Below are positions 27,639-38,123 of a stretch of 64,000 nt of DNA, in pieces. The stretch's first letter is position 1, and each line of letters begins with the position of its first letter. The stretch covers positions 352,001 to 416,000 of the forward strand of contig OZ242318.1 of the NCBI GenBank assembly GCA_965208105.1. The letters run 5' to 3'. Made by a program: the position numbers and the translations under genes. The notes below the pieces were generated by a model that was given only the letters and a program-made list of their open reading frames with translations, was not told the DNA's origin and made no database searches. The DNA is from Candidatus Latescibacterota bacterium (GTDB taxonomy: Bacteria; Latescibacterota; UBA2968; UBA8231).

Positions 27639-27968
27639 TTGACCAAGGCTGACATAGTACGGCAGATTGCTCAGGGAACAGGCCTGACCAAGACCGACAC
27701 CGCCGTAGTGGTCGATGGATTTATCGAGTCGGTAATTACAGCCATGGAGCAAGGCGAGCACATCGAGATCAGAGGTTTTGGTACGTTTAGAACCGTTACC
27801 CGGGCACCGAGGACAGGTCGGAATCCGCGTACGGGGTCCGAGGTAAAGATTTCCGGTCGCCGCGCCCCCACCTTCAAACCTTCGAAGGAATTGAGAGCGC
27901 GTGTCGAGAGGGATAAAAATATAGGAGCGAAGAAAGATGCCATGTGGGAGGAAGAGAAAGCGGCATAA
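27639..27968 (+). CDS. hup: HU/IHF family DNA-binding protein
   Basis: MTKADIV, IRGFGTF, GRNPRTG, FKPSKEL. Confidence 0.93.
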   Translation: MTKADIVRQIAQGTGLTKTDTAVVVDGFIESVITAMEQGEHIEIRGFGTFRTVTRAPRTGRNPRTGSEVKISGRRAPTFKPSKELRARVERDKNIGAKKDAMWEEEKAA

Positions 27969-28032
27969 GATTGCCACCCATAAACGCAAGAAAAGACTGA
28001 GAAAAAACCGCCATAAGAAAAAGCTCATCTAG
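27937..28032 (+). CDS. 31-aa basic protein, bS22/AURKAIP1-COX24-type ribosomal protein (not in ORF track)
   Basis: MPCGRKRKRHKIATHKRKKRLRKNRHKKKLI*; SD AGGAG at 27923-27927. Confidence 0.85.
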   Translation: MPCGRKRKRHKIATHKRKKRLRKNRHKKKLI

Positions 28033-28044
28033 TTTGCGGTACGA

Positions 28045-28121
28045 GGGCTATTAGCTCAGTTGGATAGAGCGCCAGTCTCCGGAACTGGAGGTCGCAGGTT
28101 CGAATCCTGCATAGCTCACCA
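28045..28121 (+). tRNA. tRNA-Arg(CCG)
   Basis: cloverleaf; anticodon arm CCAGT-CTCCGGA-ACTGG; GTTCGAATCC; 3' CCA. Confidence 0.95.
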
Positions 28122-28145
28122 TTAATTCCTCAGAGAGAATTGGGT

Positions 28146-28223
<78 letters not shown>

Positions 28224-28290
28224 TTTTTTTCAATAAATGGGCTACAGCAATCCACTGCTAGCCCATTTCCTTCATCAAGCCCTCCAATAT

Positions 28291-28368
28291 CGGGGTGTAG
28301 CGCAGCCCGGCTAGCGCACCTGCTTCGGGAGCAGGGGGTCGGCGGTTCGAATCCGCCCACCCCGACCA
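28291..28368 (+). tRNA. tRNA-Pro(CGG)
   Basis: CCTGC-TTCGGGA-GCAGG; GTTCGAATCC; 3' CCA. Confidence 0.95.
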
Positions 28369-28462
28369 ATATTACTTCCTGTTAATTGTAAAGTTAAGTA
28401 ATCTGTAATCCCGCCTTTGCGCCGTCTTGTCCGCTGGTGAAATTATCCGTGTTGCCAATCCA

Positions 28463-29407
28463 ATGCCGCAAAGATCGTCCAATATTATTCTGATCATTGC
28501 CGGACCAACAGCCGTTGGGAAGACCGGGATTGGAATCGAGATAGCCAGACTTCTGCACGGGGAGATTATTTCGGCCGATTCCCGGCAAATCTACCGCCAT
28601 ATGGACATCGGTACTGCAAAACCCAGCGTGGGGGACCTGGAAATGGCGAGGCATCATTGTATCAATATCAGGAATCCGGATGAGACTTACAGTGCTGGAC
28701 ACTTTGGCAGGGATGCACGCAGCTTGATTCTTGAACTGAATGGTAGAGGAATCCTTCCCATAATCGTGGGCGGATCAGGGCTTTATCTGCAGGCAACCCT
28801 GGACGGTTTGTTTGAAGAGAGTGCCGATTACGGGTCAATACGTTCAAGGTTGAAGCAACGGCTTGCCCGTGACGGATTACAGGCACTGTACGCGGAACTG
28901 GGAAAACTGGATCCGGTAGCCCACTCACGCCTTTCCGCCAACGACACCCAGCGAGTCCTGCGTGCCTTGGAGGTAGCCCTTGGAGGAACCAACCTTTCCT
29001 CCCACTGGGGGGAAGAATCTATTGGGCCGCTAGACTGTACTCCACTGGCGTTCTGCATGGAATTGGAGCGTGACAGGCTTTATAACCGCATTGACCGACG
29101 TGTTGACTTCATGATGAGAAATGCCCTCGTCGACGAGGTGGAAAGACTGGCGGAAATGGGCTATGGCAGGGATTGTCCAGGGCTGGATACGGTAGGATAC
29201 AGGGAAATACTGGACTACCTGGAAGGCAAATGCTCTCTGAGTACTGCGGTGGACCTGATCAAACACCGGTCCAGACGCTATGCCAAGCGCCAGTTGACCT
29301 GGTTTCGCAAGGACCGCCGGTTGCGCTGGCTCGATTTGGGTAGGTGGGGGAGGAAGGGCGTATTGTCCAGGATCGCGACTCAATACCACCTGCAAGGCAA
29401 TTTTTGA
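28463..29407 (+). CDS. miaA: tRNA dimethylallyltransferase
   Basis: GPTAVGKT, SADSRQIYR.MDIGTAKP, VGGSGLY, YAKRQLTWF. Confidence 0.97.
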   Translation: MPQRSSNIILIIAGPTAVGKTGIGIEIARLLHGEIISADSRQIYRHMDIGTAKPSVGDLEMARHHCINIRNPDETYSAGHFGRDARSLILELNGRGILPIIVGGSGLYLQATLDGLFEESADYGSIRSRLKQRLARDGLQALYAELGKLDPVAHSRLSANDTQRVLRALEVALGGTNLSSHWGEESIGPLDCTPLAFCMELERDRLYNRIDRRVDFMMRNALVDEVERLAEMGYGRDCPGLDTVGYREILDYLEGKCSLSTAVDLIKHRSRRYAKRQLTWFRKDRRLRWLDLGRWGRKGVLSRIATQYHLQGNF

Positions 29408-29436
29408 TTTGCATACCCACTGGGATGTTTCCTCTA

Positions 29437-29465
29437 TTGACAGTTTAAGATAGGTCGATTATTTT
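29437..29465 (+). promoter_or_regulatory. sigma70-type promoter upstream of tRNA-Gly
   Basis: TTGACA-17 bp-TATTTT in an AT-rich stretch. Confidence 0.6.
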
Positions 29466-29519
29466 GAACATTGCCTTAAGTTAGAATCAATAGAGTTCGA
29501 ATACAATTCACTCAAGGGA

Positions 29520-29594
29520 GCGGGAGTAGTTCAGGGGTAGAACGCAAGCTTCCCAAGCTTGATGTCGCGGGTTCGACTCCCGTCTCCCGCTCCA
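29520..29594 (+). tRNA. tRNA-Gly(CCC)
   Basis: GCGGGAG acceptor; CAAGC-TTCCCAA-GCTTG; GTTCGACTCC; TCCA. Confidence 0.95.
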
Positions 29595-29652
29595 TCTTTC
29601 CCTCGCTTCCTTACGTTGCATTTCCGGTTATCTCCAGCTTTAGACCAAAGCG

Positions 29653-31011
29653 ATGATCCATGTGAAAACGATCGATCCCGGTAGCCTGGCAGAAGAAGCC
29701 GGCTTTGCCATCGGCGACAAAATCCATTCCATCAATGGAAATGCCGTAGAGGATTTGATTGATTTTCAAGTTCACAGCTCTGAAGAGACATTATCGTTCG
29801 GGGTGGAGCGGGGCGAGGAACACTACCAATTGGAGCTGGAGCGGACTTCTGGAAGAAATCTCGGACTTGCCTTTGACGAGATGCGCCTGCGGCGGTGCAA
29901 CAACAGATGCGTTTTCTGTTTCATTCACCAGATGCCCAAGGGGATGCGGCGCAGCCTGTATTTTGAAGACGACGATTACCGCCTTTCCTTTCTTCACGGT
30001 TCCTATGTCACCCTTACGAATGTAAAAGAAAAGGACATCGAGCGAATAATTGAATATCGCCTTTCGCCTCAATTCATTTCGGTGCACTCCACGGACCCCC
30101 AACTGCGCCAGTTGCTGCTCGGCCGCAAATTGCCTGTAGATATCCTCGAACGCATTGGCCGGTTGGCCGACAACCATATTGAAATGCACGCCCAGGTAGT
30201 CGTATGCCCGGGCTTGAACGACGGCGCCCACCTGCAGCGCACGGTAAGTGATCTGGCCAGCTTCTTTCCGGCGGTGCAGTCGGTTGCACTGGTGCCTGTT
30301 GGCTTGACGAGGTTCCGCAAGAACCTTCCCCAACTTGAACCTGTGACGCGGGATCTGGCCCGGGAATATTGCGATCAAGTTGCCGGGTGGGGTGATAAAT
30401 TTCAGGTGAGATTTGGTCAGAGGTTCGCCTACGCTGCCGACGAATTGTTTCTCCTCTCCGGCGGATTGCCGCCTCCTGTTTCATATTATGATGCCTTTCC
30501 GCAGATCGAGAATGGAATCGGGATGGTGCGGTCCTTCCTGGACAGTTGGGAAAGGGACAAAGTTCTGCTGCCCGTCAAGCTTCCCAATCCAGTTCACCTG
30601 GCCATGGTGACCGGTGAGTTGGCCGCAGAGTTTTTGAGGCCGATTACTGCCTTTTTGAACAGTATCTCCGGCTTGCAGGTTGACCTGGTCCCGGTGACAA
30701 ACGAATTCTTTGGCAAGGGCATAACGGTGTCGGGTCTGCTCTGTGGAGAGGACATCCTCAAGCACGTAGATGGAGGTCCATGGGACCTGGTCATGCTGCC
30801 TCCCAACTGCATTAATGGGGAAGGGCTGACGCTGGATGATAGAACGGTCCCCGAGCTCGGAGCATCTGCCGGAGTGCCCCTTACCGTGGGAAGCTACAAT
30901 CTTGCAGCTTTCTTGAAAAAGGTCCTGGATGGCCCCCACTTCGTCTTTGAGGGAATTGGACGCCAGCTATCGGAATTGGGCTTCTACCTGGGGGGTAAAT
31001 CGTCCCGATGA
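29653..31011 (+). CDS. DUF512 protein (PDZ plus radical SAM-like Fe-S domain)
   Basis: CNNRCVFC, DDDYRLSFL.GSYVTLTN, VPVGLT, QIENGIG. Confidence 0.9.
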   Translation: MIHVKTIDPGSLAEEAGFAIGDKIHSINGNAVEDLIDFQVHSSEETLSFGVERGEEHYQLELERTSGRNLGLAFDEMRLRRCNNRCVFCFIHQMPKGMRRSLYFEDDDYRLSFLHGSYVTLTNVKEKDIERIIEYRLSPQFISVHSTDPQLRQLLLGRKLPVDILERIGRLADNHIEMHAQVVVCPGLNDGAHLQRTVSDLASFFPAVQSVALVPVGLTRFRKNLPQLEPVTRDLAREYCDQVAGWGDKFQVRFGQRFAYAADELFLLSGGLPPPVSYYDAFPQIENGIGMVRSFLDSWERDKVLLPVKLPNPVHLAMVTGELAAEFLRPITAFLNSISGLQVDLVPVTNEFFGKGITVSGLLCGEDILKHVDGGPWDLVMLPPNCINGEGLTLDDRTVPELGASAGVPLTVGSYNLAAFLKKVLDGPHFVFEGIGRQLSELGFYLGGKSSR

Positions 31012-32351
31012 ATTCCACCCGGAGGTTGGTCCCTTTGAAGCCCATCGTCGCCATTGTGGGGCGGCCCAATGTGGGCAAATCGACACTCTTCAACCGGCTT
31101 CTGGGCTCCAGAAGGGCGATTACCAACGATCAGCCCGGTGTGACCCGGGATCGCATTTACTCCGAAATTGAATGGACAGGGCAAAGGTTCACCCTGGTGG
31201 ATACCGGGGGTTTCGTGCCCCATTCCAAAGATCTCCTTGAGGTGGCCGTGAGGACGCAGGCCGAAAATGCCATCCAGGAGGCCGATTTTGTCATTTTGCT
31301 CTGCGATGGGTCCACCGGTGTTACGGATCTGGATTGTTCCCTTGCTGCAATTTTGCGTTGTAACAGGGAGGCCAGCTTGCTGGTGGTCAATAAGATTGAC
31401 GAATCACACCACGCCCGGTCCATAGACTCATTTTACAGCCTGGGGCTGGGAGATCCTGTGCCCGTATCTGCTGCGACGGGTCGATGCTCCGGCGATCTAC
31501 TGGATTCCATTGTCAAACGCTTTCGGCAGGCCGAATTTTCATCCAAACCGGCAGACCTCGCTATTAAGGTAGCCATTGCAGGACGTCCAAATGTGGGGAA
31601 GTCAACCCTGATAAACCGCCTTGCAGGTCAGCAAGTATCAATCGTGAACGAAGAGCCGGGGACGACTCGCGATACTACCAGCATACGATTGAACTACGAA
31701 GGCCGTCAGTTCGTGCTTATGGATACGGCCGGAATCAGGCGGCGCTCCAAGGTGAACGGACAAATTGAATACTACAGTGCCCTGCGGGCAGCATCGAGTA
31801 TAGAGCGGGCAGATGTGGTATTGGTATTAATTGACGCTGTGGAGGACCTGACCGCTCAGGATGTCCGCATCGCGAACAAGGCCATCTCCGCTGGATGTGG
31901 TTTACTCATTGCCTTCAACAAATGGGATTTAATTGATTCCTCGAGGCGGAGCAGCCAAGCCTATCGCCAGGATCTTCATCGCAGGTTCGCTTTTCTGGCG
32001 AACTACCCTGTTCTCTTCATTTCAGGGCTCAAGGGCAGGCATGCCCTCAAGTGCCTCGAGCGCGCGGCCCAGGTATTTGAGAATCGCCGCAGCAGAATAC
32101 CTACCTCAAGGTTGAACAAGTTCATACAAAAACTGAATGGCCACTGTTCTCATACACCGGTTGGAACCCCATTGAGGTTGTTGTTCGCGACCCAACATGC
32201 GGTTGCTCCACCGACCTTCGTGGTTTTTTCCAATCGACCCGATCTTGTTTCGAGTTCCTACAGGCGGTTCATTGAAAATAACTTGCGACAGAATTTCAAT
32301 TTTGAGGGAACCCCTGTCCGTATTCATTGGCGCAGAAAGGCAGGCGGATGA
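31008..32351 (+). CDS. der: ribosome biogenesis GTPase Der
   Basis: two GRPNVGKS G-domains, DTGG/DTAG, KH-like C-terminus. Confidence 0.97.
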   Translation: MNSTRRLVPLKPIVAIVGRPNVGKSTLFNRLLGSRRAITNDQPGVTRDRIYSEIEWTGQRFTLVDTGGFVPHSKDLLEVAVRTQAENAIQEADFVILLCDGSTGVTDLDCSLAAILRCNREASLLVVNKIDESHHARSIDSFYSLGLGDPVPVSAATGRCSGDLLDSIVKRFRQAEFSSKPADLAIKVAIAGRPNVGKSTLINRLAGQQVSIVNEEPGTTRDTTSIRLNYEGRQFVLMDTAGIRRRSKVNGQIEYYSALRAASSIERADVVLVLIDAVEDLTAQDVRIANKAISAGCGLLIAFNKWDLIDSSRRSSQAYRQDLHRRFAFLANYPVLFISGLKGRHALKCLERAAQVFENRRSRIPTSRLNKFIQKLNGHCSHTPVGTPLRLLFATQHAVAPPTFVVFSNRPDLVSSSYRRFIENNLRQNFNFEGTPVRIHWRRKAGG

Positions 32352-32381
32352 TCTCCAAATTGGCAATCCTGGAGTCTCCTC

Positions 32382-32867
32382 GTGAAAAATTTATTCAGGA
32401 ATAAGCTCTATTACAGCATAAGCGAGGTCGCCGAGTTGACGAACCTGCAGCCTTACACCCTCAGGTCCTGGGAGAAGGAATTTTCTTGCCTGCGTCCGCG
32501 CCGTGTACGGGGGAAGAACCGCGCTTATCGCCAACGTGATATTTGTATCGTCCTGATGATCAAGCGGCTGCTCCACGAGGAGCGCTATACAATTCAAGGG
32601 GTCAGGCAAAAGATCAAGAGCGAGCCCGAACTATTGCGACATGTGGTTGAAAATTTTTCAATCCAGCGGCAGGTCAATAAGCCCGGAGGCATGCGGGCTC
32701 CAAACCCACCATCTACTCCGGCCGGCATCAATGGGCCTTCGCCGGTGGAGAAGGAAGAGAAGAGCACCGAACCTTCGGTTCAAGTAAAAGGGCAAAATCA
32801 GAAGAAGGCCATGGAGGTGATCAGGATGACGCGAAATGAGCTGTATGACATACTGGAACTTTTATAA
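32382..32867 (+). CDS. MerR family transcriptional regulator
   Basis: YYSISEVA, LRSWEKEF..LRP, YTIQG. Confidence 0.88.
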   Translation: MKNLFRNKLYYSISEVAELTNLQPYTLRSWEKEFSCLRPRRVRGKNRAYRQRDICIVLMIKRLLHEERYTIQGVRQKIKSEPELLRHVVENFSIQRQVNKPGGMRAPNPPSTPAGINGPSPVEKEEKSTEPSVQVKGQNQKKAMEVIRMTRNELYDILELL

Positions 32868-32923
32868 ATCATTGGCACAAAATTCTTTATGAGAAATACC
32901 TTATAATTTTTTGTAAATAAATC

Positions 32924-32952
32924 TTGCTTAATTCAAGAGATTGGTATATTTT
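32924..32952 (+). promoter_or_regulatory. putative sigma70 promoter of the rimP-nusA-infB operon
   Basis: TTGCTT-17 bp-TATTTT, AT-rich upstream. Confidence 0.45.
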
Positions 32953-32991
32953 CGTTAGTATATGCCAGGGGTTAGTTATCCTCCACGAGGA

Positions 32992-33456
32992 ATGGAAAGC
33001 TTCGGATCCGGAAATCTCGACCTGAGGGAAAGACTTTCCCGGCTTTTATTGCCTGTTGTAGAGAGAAGTGGCGCCACATTGGTCGATTTGGAGCTGGGCG
33101 GTTCGGCAGGAAATATGACGATTCGGTTGCTCGTGCATAAGGACCCCGCCACTTCAGTCGATCTATGCCAGGCCATAAGCCTTGGTGCAGGAGAGATTCT
33201 CGATGCCGAGGACCCGATCCCCGGGCACTATCGGCTCGAAGTCACTTCTCCGGGTTTATCCCGTTCTCTGCGTACTGACCAGGATTTTGGCCGTGCTTCC
33301 TCAAGGCGATTGAAGGTGGTCATGTCTTCCGGAAAGACATTCCACGGTCGGCTGCTGGAGTTTGGGAGTGACTATATTTCTCTGGAGAGTAAAGCAGGTA
33401 CCCGAAAGCTGACTCGTGGCGAAATTGCCAGAGCAACTATCCAGGCAGAGCTATAG
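32992..33456 (+). CDS. rimP: ribosome maturation factor RimP
   Basis: LDAEDPIPG.YRLEVTSPG; position before nusA. Confidence 0.93.
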   Translation: MESFGSGNLDLRERLSRLLLPVVERSGATLVDLELGGSAGNMTIRLLVHKDPATSVDLCQAISLGAGEILDAEDPIPGHYRLEVTSPGLSRSLRTDQDFGRASSRRLKVVMSSGKTFHGRLLEFGSDYISLESKAGTRKLTRGEIARATIQAEL

Positions 33457-33500
33457 CCCCAAGGCCAGGGGCAAAACCAAACCTGATCTGATGAATAACG

Positions 33501-35012
33501 ATGAATAACTTTAATGTGCTGGAAGCATTGAGCCAGATTGCCCGTGAGAAGAATGTCGATCGTGATCTGGTGGTGCAGACTTTGGCGGAGGCTTTGATTT
33601 CTGCCGCCAAGCGGCGTTATGGAAATACAGATAATTTCGAGGTGAAGATCGATTCTGCCTCTGGACAAATGGAAGTTGTAGCACGCAAAATCGTAGTGGA
33701 GGAGATAAACGAGCCCAGCTTGGAAATCACCCTCCCGGAGGCTCTGGAACTCGATGCTGAAGCCCAGCTTGGCTCCGAGGTTGTTGAACGATTGGATTTT
33801 ACTGACTTCGGACGCAACGCCATTCAGACTGCCAAACAAATTCTTATTCAGCGGGTGCGAGAGGCCGAAAGAGAATACATCTATACTCAGTTTAGCGGGC
33901 GCAGCGGCCAAATAGAATCTGGGATCGTTCAACAAATAAGCAGAGGTGACATTATCCTGAATCTGGGAAGGGCTGAAGCGGCCATCCCATACAAAGAGCA
34001 GATTCGCCGCGAGCGCTATCGCCAGGGAGATGCGGTCCGGGGTTACATTTATGAGGTGCTGAGGTCGAGCCGCGGTCCTCAGGTCTTGCTCTCGCGAACC
34101 CACCCTGAATTTTTGCGAAAGCTGTTTGCAATTGAAGTGCCCGAGATCTCGGAGGGCATCGTAGAGATTCACGCGGTCTCCCGCGAGCCGGGAGAACGCG
34201 CCAAGATCGCAGTGAGTTCAAGTGACGAGCGGGTAGATCCCGTCGGGGCGTGCGTGGGGGTGAAAGGGTCTCGAGTTCAGGCAGTGGTGCGCGAGTTGAG
34301 CGGCGAGCGCATAGATATCGTTCCCTGGAGCGAAGAACCTGAAGTTTTCGTTTCCAGGGCACTGAGTCCTGCGGTCGTTTCAAGGGTGATCGTCGACCAC
34401 AGGCGTCACCATGCAACCGTCATCGTCGATGGGAGTCAGCTTTCCCTCGCCATTGGCAAGTCGGGACAAAATTCCAGACTGGCAGTTCAGCTTACGGGTT
34501 GGGGGCTTGACATAATCACGGAAGAAGAGTATCAGGAGCGGCGTGCCCAGATTGAAGCAAGTCAGCAGCAGCTCCGGTCACTCACAGGGGTCAGCGAGTT
34601 GATTGCCCTCAGCCTCGCCACCTCTGGATTTACATCGATCCGCTCGATAGCGGAGTCGGACCTGCAGCTGTTGCAAACTGTCCCCGGATTGGAAAGCGAG
34701 GAAGTGGCGAAAGGGTTGAAGGAAACGGCCGAGGTTTTCGTCTCCGAGCACGGAGACGAGGAACCGGAGAAGGGCGCCACGGCAGCAGCACCGGAGGATT
34801 CCGGTTCGGATTTGAGCACGGCCGGACCCGATTCGAGTATTATTGGAAAAGATGATGAAGTCAGCGCGAATCCCCAGCCCCTTACCCAGATACAGGGAAG
34901 CTCGGAGGTGGTTACCGGGGAAGTTTGCGAAAGTGAACTTGAAGGGCCGTTAGATAAGGCAATCGCCGAAAAGCAGGGCGAACCGTCCGTAGATCCGTCC
35001 GTAGAAGATTGA
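33501..35012 (+). CDS. nusA: transcription termination factor NusA
   Basis: FGRNAIQTAKQ, EVPEI, DPVGACVG, LSLAIGK. Confidence 0.97.
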   Translation: MNNFNVLEALSQIAREKNVDRDLVVQTLAEALISAAKRRYGNTDNFEVKIDSASGQMEVVARKIVVEEINEPSLEITLPEALELDAEAQLGSEVVERLDFTDFGRNAIQTAKQILIQRVREAEREYIYTQFSGRSGQIESGIVQQISRGDIILNLGRAEAAIPYKEQIRRERYRQGDAVRGYIYEVLRSSRGPQVLLSRTHPEFLRKLFAIEVPEISEGIVEIHAVSREPGERAKIAVSSSDERVDPVGACVGVKGSRVQAVVRELSGERIDIVPWSEEPEVFVSRALSPAVVSRVIVDHRRHHATVIVDGSQLSLAIGKSGQNSRLAVQLTGWGLDIITEEEYQERRAQIEASQQQLRSLTGVSELIALSLATSGFTSIRSIAESDLQLLQTVPGLESEEVAKGLKETAEVFVSEHGDEEPEKGATAAAPEDSGSDLSTAGPDSSIIGKDDEVSANPQPLTQIQGSSEVVTGEVCESELEGPLDKAIAEKQGEPSVDPSVED

Positions 35013-35072
35013 ATTTTTCCCAAGACGCGAACTTGCGTCTGCACTTCCCCCCGTTGGCAAGGGAGACTGTCC

Positions 35073-37487
35073 TTGGAAAAGCGCAGGGTATATCAGGTCG
35101 CCAGAGAGCAGAAGCTATCCAGCGACGCCCTGATTTCCATCCTCAAGGGTATGGGGCATGAAGTCAAGAGCCACATGAGCGTGGTAACTGATGAGATGCT
35201 CGAGGCGATTACCCTCAAAATCGAAAAAGAGAAAAAGAGTTCGATTGAAGAGGTAAAACGGCAAAAGGCCAAGGAGGAGAGTCGCAAGAAAGCCCAGGCA
35301 AGCGAAGCTACGACCCGCCGGCGGGGAGAAGCGCAGGCGAAGGCATCGCGACGACAGACCGGGTCGCCCGGTGGTGGTCGCAGTTCAGCACCCTGGAATT
35401 TGGCTTCCAACGTACCCTTTCCGGTAAAAGACGACGAAGAAAGGAAGCGGACCCGGCGTCGAAACAAGCGCCCAGGAGATCCCGTCGATGAAGGCCGCGA
35501 TAAAGGAGCTGCCCCGGGGAAAGAAGAAATCAAGGATGGTGAAGCCGGCGGCAGATGGCGCGGAAGGCGAGGCAAACGTCGCCGCCTGGTTGATTCCAGG
35601 ACCATACAGGACAACGTCCGAAAAACCCTTTCACAGCTCAGCGAAGGTCGCACTCGCCGGCGATACGACAGGTCGCGAAAGGAGGATGGCGAGGAAGACT
35701 TCGAGGCCCAGAAACAGCTGACCGTAAGTGAATTTATAACTGTCGCCGATCTCGCGGAACAGATGGGAGTCAAGCCGACCGAAGTAATTGCTGCATGCTT
35801 GGAACTGGGCTTGATGGCAACGATCAATCAGCGGCTTGACATGAGCACGATTGCCACCGTAGCAGACGAATTCGGTTACGAGGTCAAACCCCTTGACGCG
35901 CACGAAGATGCCATGGTTTTCGAGGAGGTGGAAGACGAAGAAGAGAGCGGGGAAACCGAACCGCGCCCTCCTGTTGTGACGGTAATGGGCCACGTTGATC
36001 ACGGCAAAACTTCCCTGTTGGACCATCTCCGGAAATCCAATGTTGTCGCCGGCGAATCCGGAGGGATCACCCAGCACATAGGGGCATATGTCGTGCATTT
36101 GCCCGACGGCCGCCGCATCACCTTTCTGGATACGCCCGGCCACGCGGCTTTTACCGCCATGCGGGCCCGGGGAGCCCGTGTCACCGACCTTGTAATTCTG
36201 GTGGCTGCCGCCGATGATCAAGTTATGCCTCAGACCATTGAAGCTATCGATCATTCAAAAGCCGCCCAGGTGCCAATGGTCGTGGCGATCAACAAGGTTG
36301 ATCTGCCCACCGCGGACCCAGACCGGATCAAGCGGCAGTTGGCCGAGCGGGACGTGCTGGTTGAGGAATGGGGTGGCAAGGTACCCAGCTCGGAGGTTTC
36401 CGCCATGACGGGGGCTGGGATCGAAAGGCTGCTCGAGTTGGTCCTGCTTGAGGCAGAATTACTGGAGTTGCGGGCAAACCCGAACAAGCGGGCGAGCGGG
36501 ACCATCATTGAAGCAAAGCTGGACAAGGGACGGGGACCGGTGGCTACGGTGCTGGTGCAAAAGGGCACCTTGAGAAAAGGAGATCCTTTCATAACCGGTG
36601 TGTTCCACGGTCGCGTGCGGGCATTGCAGGATGAAAACGGGAAGAACATCGAGGAGGCGACGCCATCAATTCCCGTCCAGGTTCTCGGATTGACCGGAGT
36701 CCCTCAGGCGGGAGACCGTTTCGAGGTAACCGCCGCAGAACGCGATGCCAGAGAGGTCAGCCAGAAGCGTCAGCAATTAAAAAGGGAGCAGGATTACCGC
36801 AATATCCACAATGTAAGTTTGAGTGACCTCCATTATCAGATCCAGCAAGGGCAGATCAAGGAACTCAAGGTGATCGTTAAGGGCGATGTGGACGGTTCCG
36901 TAGAAGCAATCACCCAGGAATTGGGCGGAATCGCTCATGAGGAAGTCCGCGTTGCGGTGATTCACAGTGGGGTTGGAGTAATCACCGAGACCGATGTCCT
37001 CCTGGCGTCTGCATCAAATGCCATAATTATCGGATTCCGGGTAAACATGGAGGCAACCGCTCGGGACATGGCCCTCAAAAACCACGTTGAAATTCGCCAT
37101 TACAAAGTCATCTACGAAGTGATCGAAGAGATAAGAGCAGCATTGTCCGGCCTTCTGGCTCCGGTCCTGGAGGAGCATGTTGTGGGAACCGCTCAAGTGA
37201 GGCAGGTCTTCACCTCCTCTCGCGTCGGCACCGTTGCCGGCTGTGTTGTTCAAAACGGTAGAATCTCCCGCAACAATCGCGTGCGGGTTGTGCGCGGAGG
37301 TGAGGTTGTCTTCACAGGCGATATGGCTTCGCTTCGACGTTTCAAGGACGATGTGCGGGAGGTGTTGGAAGGATTTGAATGCGGCATTGGAGTTGAAGGC
37401 TTCAGCGATATCCAGCAAGAGGATGTAATCGAGGTCCTTGAAGTCGTAGAAACCATCCGCAGTTTGGATGATAGCCAGGCCAGGTAA
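35073..37487 (+). CDS. infB: translation initiation factor IF-2
   Basis: [35 protein letters not shown]. Confidence 0.98.
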   Translation: MEKRRVYQVAREQKLSSDALISILKGMGHEVKSHMSVVTDEMLEAITLKIEKEKKSSIEEVKRQKAKEESRKKAQASEATTRRRGEAQAKASRRQTGSPGGGRSSAPWNLASNVPFPVKDDEERKRTRRRNKRPGDPVDEGRDKGAAPGKEEIKDGEAGGRWRGRRGKRRRLVDSRTIQDNVRKTLSQLSEGRTRRRYDRSRKEDGEEDFEAQKQLTVSEFITVADLAEQMGVKPTEVIAACLELGLMATINQRLDMSTIATVADEFGYEVKPLDAHEDAMVFEEVEDEEESGETEPRPPVVTVMGHVDHGKTSLLDHLRKSNVVAGESGGITQHIGAYVVHLPDGRRITFLDTPGHAAFTAMRARGARVTDLVILVAAADDQVMPQTIEAIDHSKAAQVPMVVAINKVDLPTADPDRIKRQLAERDVLVEEWGGKVPSSEVSAMTGAGIERLLELVLLEAELLELRANPNKRASGTIIEAKLDKGRGPVATVLVQKGTLRKGDPFITGVFHGRVRALQDENGKNIEEATPSIPVQVLGLTGVPQAGDRFEVTAAERDAREVSQKRQQLKREQDYRNIHNVSLSDLHYQIQQGQIKELKVIVKGDVDGSVEAITQELGGIAHEEVRVAVIHSGVGVITETDVLLASASNAIIIGFRVNMEATARDMALKNHVEIRHYKVIYEVIEEIRAALSGLLAPVLEEHVVGTAQVRQVFTSSRVGTVAGCVVQNGRISRNNRVRVVRGGEVVFTGDMASLRRFKDDVREVLEGFECGIGVEGFSDIQQEDVIEVLEVVETIRSLDDSQAR

Positions 37488-37490
37488 ACG

Positions 37491-37772
37491 TTGGTCCTGC
37501 TGACGTGTCAGATACAGATCTACCTGCCCGAAAGCGGATCTCTCAAGAACAAGCGGCAAATCGTCAAGAGTTTGAAGGAACGGATCCGCAATCGATTCAA
37601 TGTGTCCGTGGCGGAAATTGATCAGGCCCAACTGTGGCAGCGCAGTACTCTGGGAGTGGCCACCGTCAGCACCGCCTTCCAACATGCCAATGAGGTCCTT
37701 TCGAAAGCGGTAAAATTTGTCGAACGAGACGGCCGGGTTCAGTTACTTGATTATTCCATTGAGCCCCACTGA
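37491..37772 (+). CDS. DUF503 (YlxP) protein
   Basis: SLKNKR, FNVSVAE..Q..WQR. Confidence 0.9.
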   Translation: MVLLTCQIQIYLPESGSLKNKRQIVKSLKERIRNRFNVSVAEIDQAQLWQRSTLGVATVSTAFQHANEVLSKAVKFVERDGRVQLLDYSIEPH

Positions 37773-37778
37773 GAATTC

Positions 37779-38123
37779 ATGGGATCTCCGTACCGGGTGA
37801 ACCGCGTTCGCGAGTTGCTGCATCGCGAACTCAGCGATATTGTTCAGGGTCTCAAGGATCCGCGTACCCGCCTGGTAACTGTTGTTGATACGGAGATTAC
37901 CAGGGATTTGCGGCACGCAAAGATGTATGTCAGCCTTTTCGGTACTTGCGAAGAGCAAGAAGATGCCATGAGAGGTTTGTCAAGGGCGTTGGGCTTCATT
38001 CGAAGAGAGGTCTCCCGGCGGGTGAAGTTGAAATACACTCCCGAAATCCAGGTGATCTACGATGATACCGCAGAAAGGGCTTCGCGTATTTCAGCCATGG
38101 TTGATGGGTTCGAAAAAGCCTGA
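37779..38123 (+). CDS. rbfA: ribosome-binding factor A
   Basis: RVNRV, KDPR, DLRHAK.YVS, YTPEI. Confidence 0.95.
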   Translation: MGSPYRVNRVRELLHRELSDIVQGLKDPRTRLVTVVDTEITRDLRHAKMYVSLFGTCEEQEDAMRGLSRALGFIRREVSRRVKLKYTPEIQVIYDDTAERASRISAMVDGFEKA

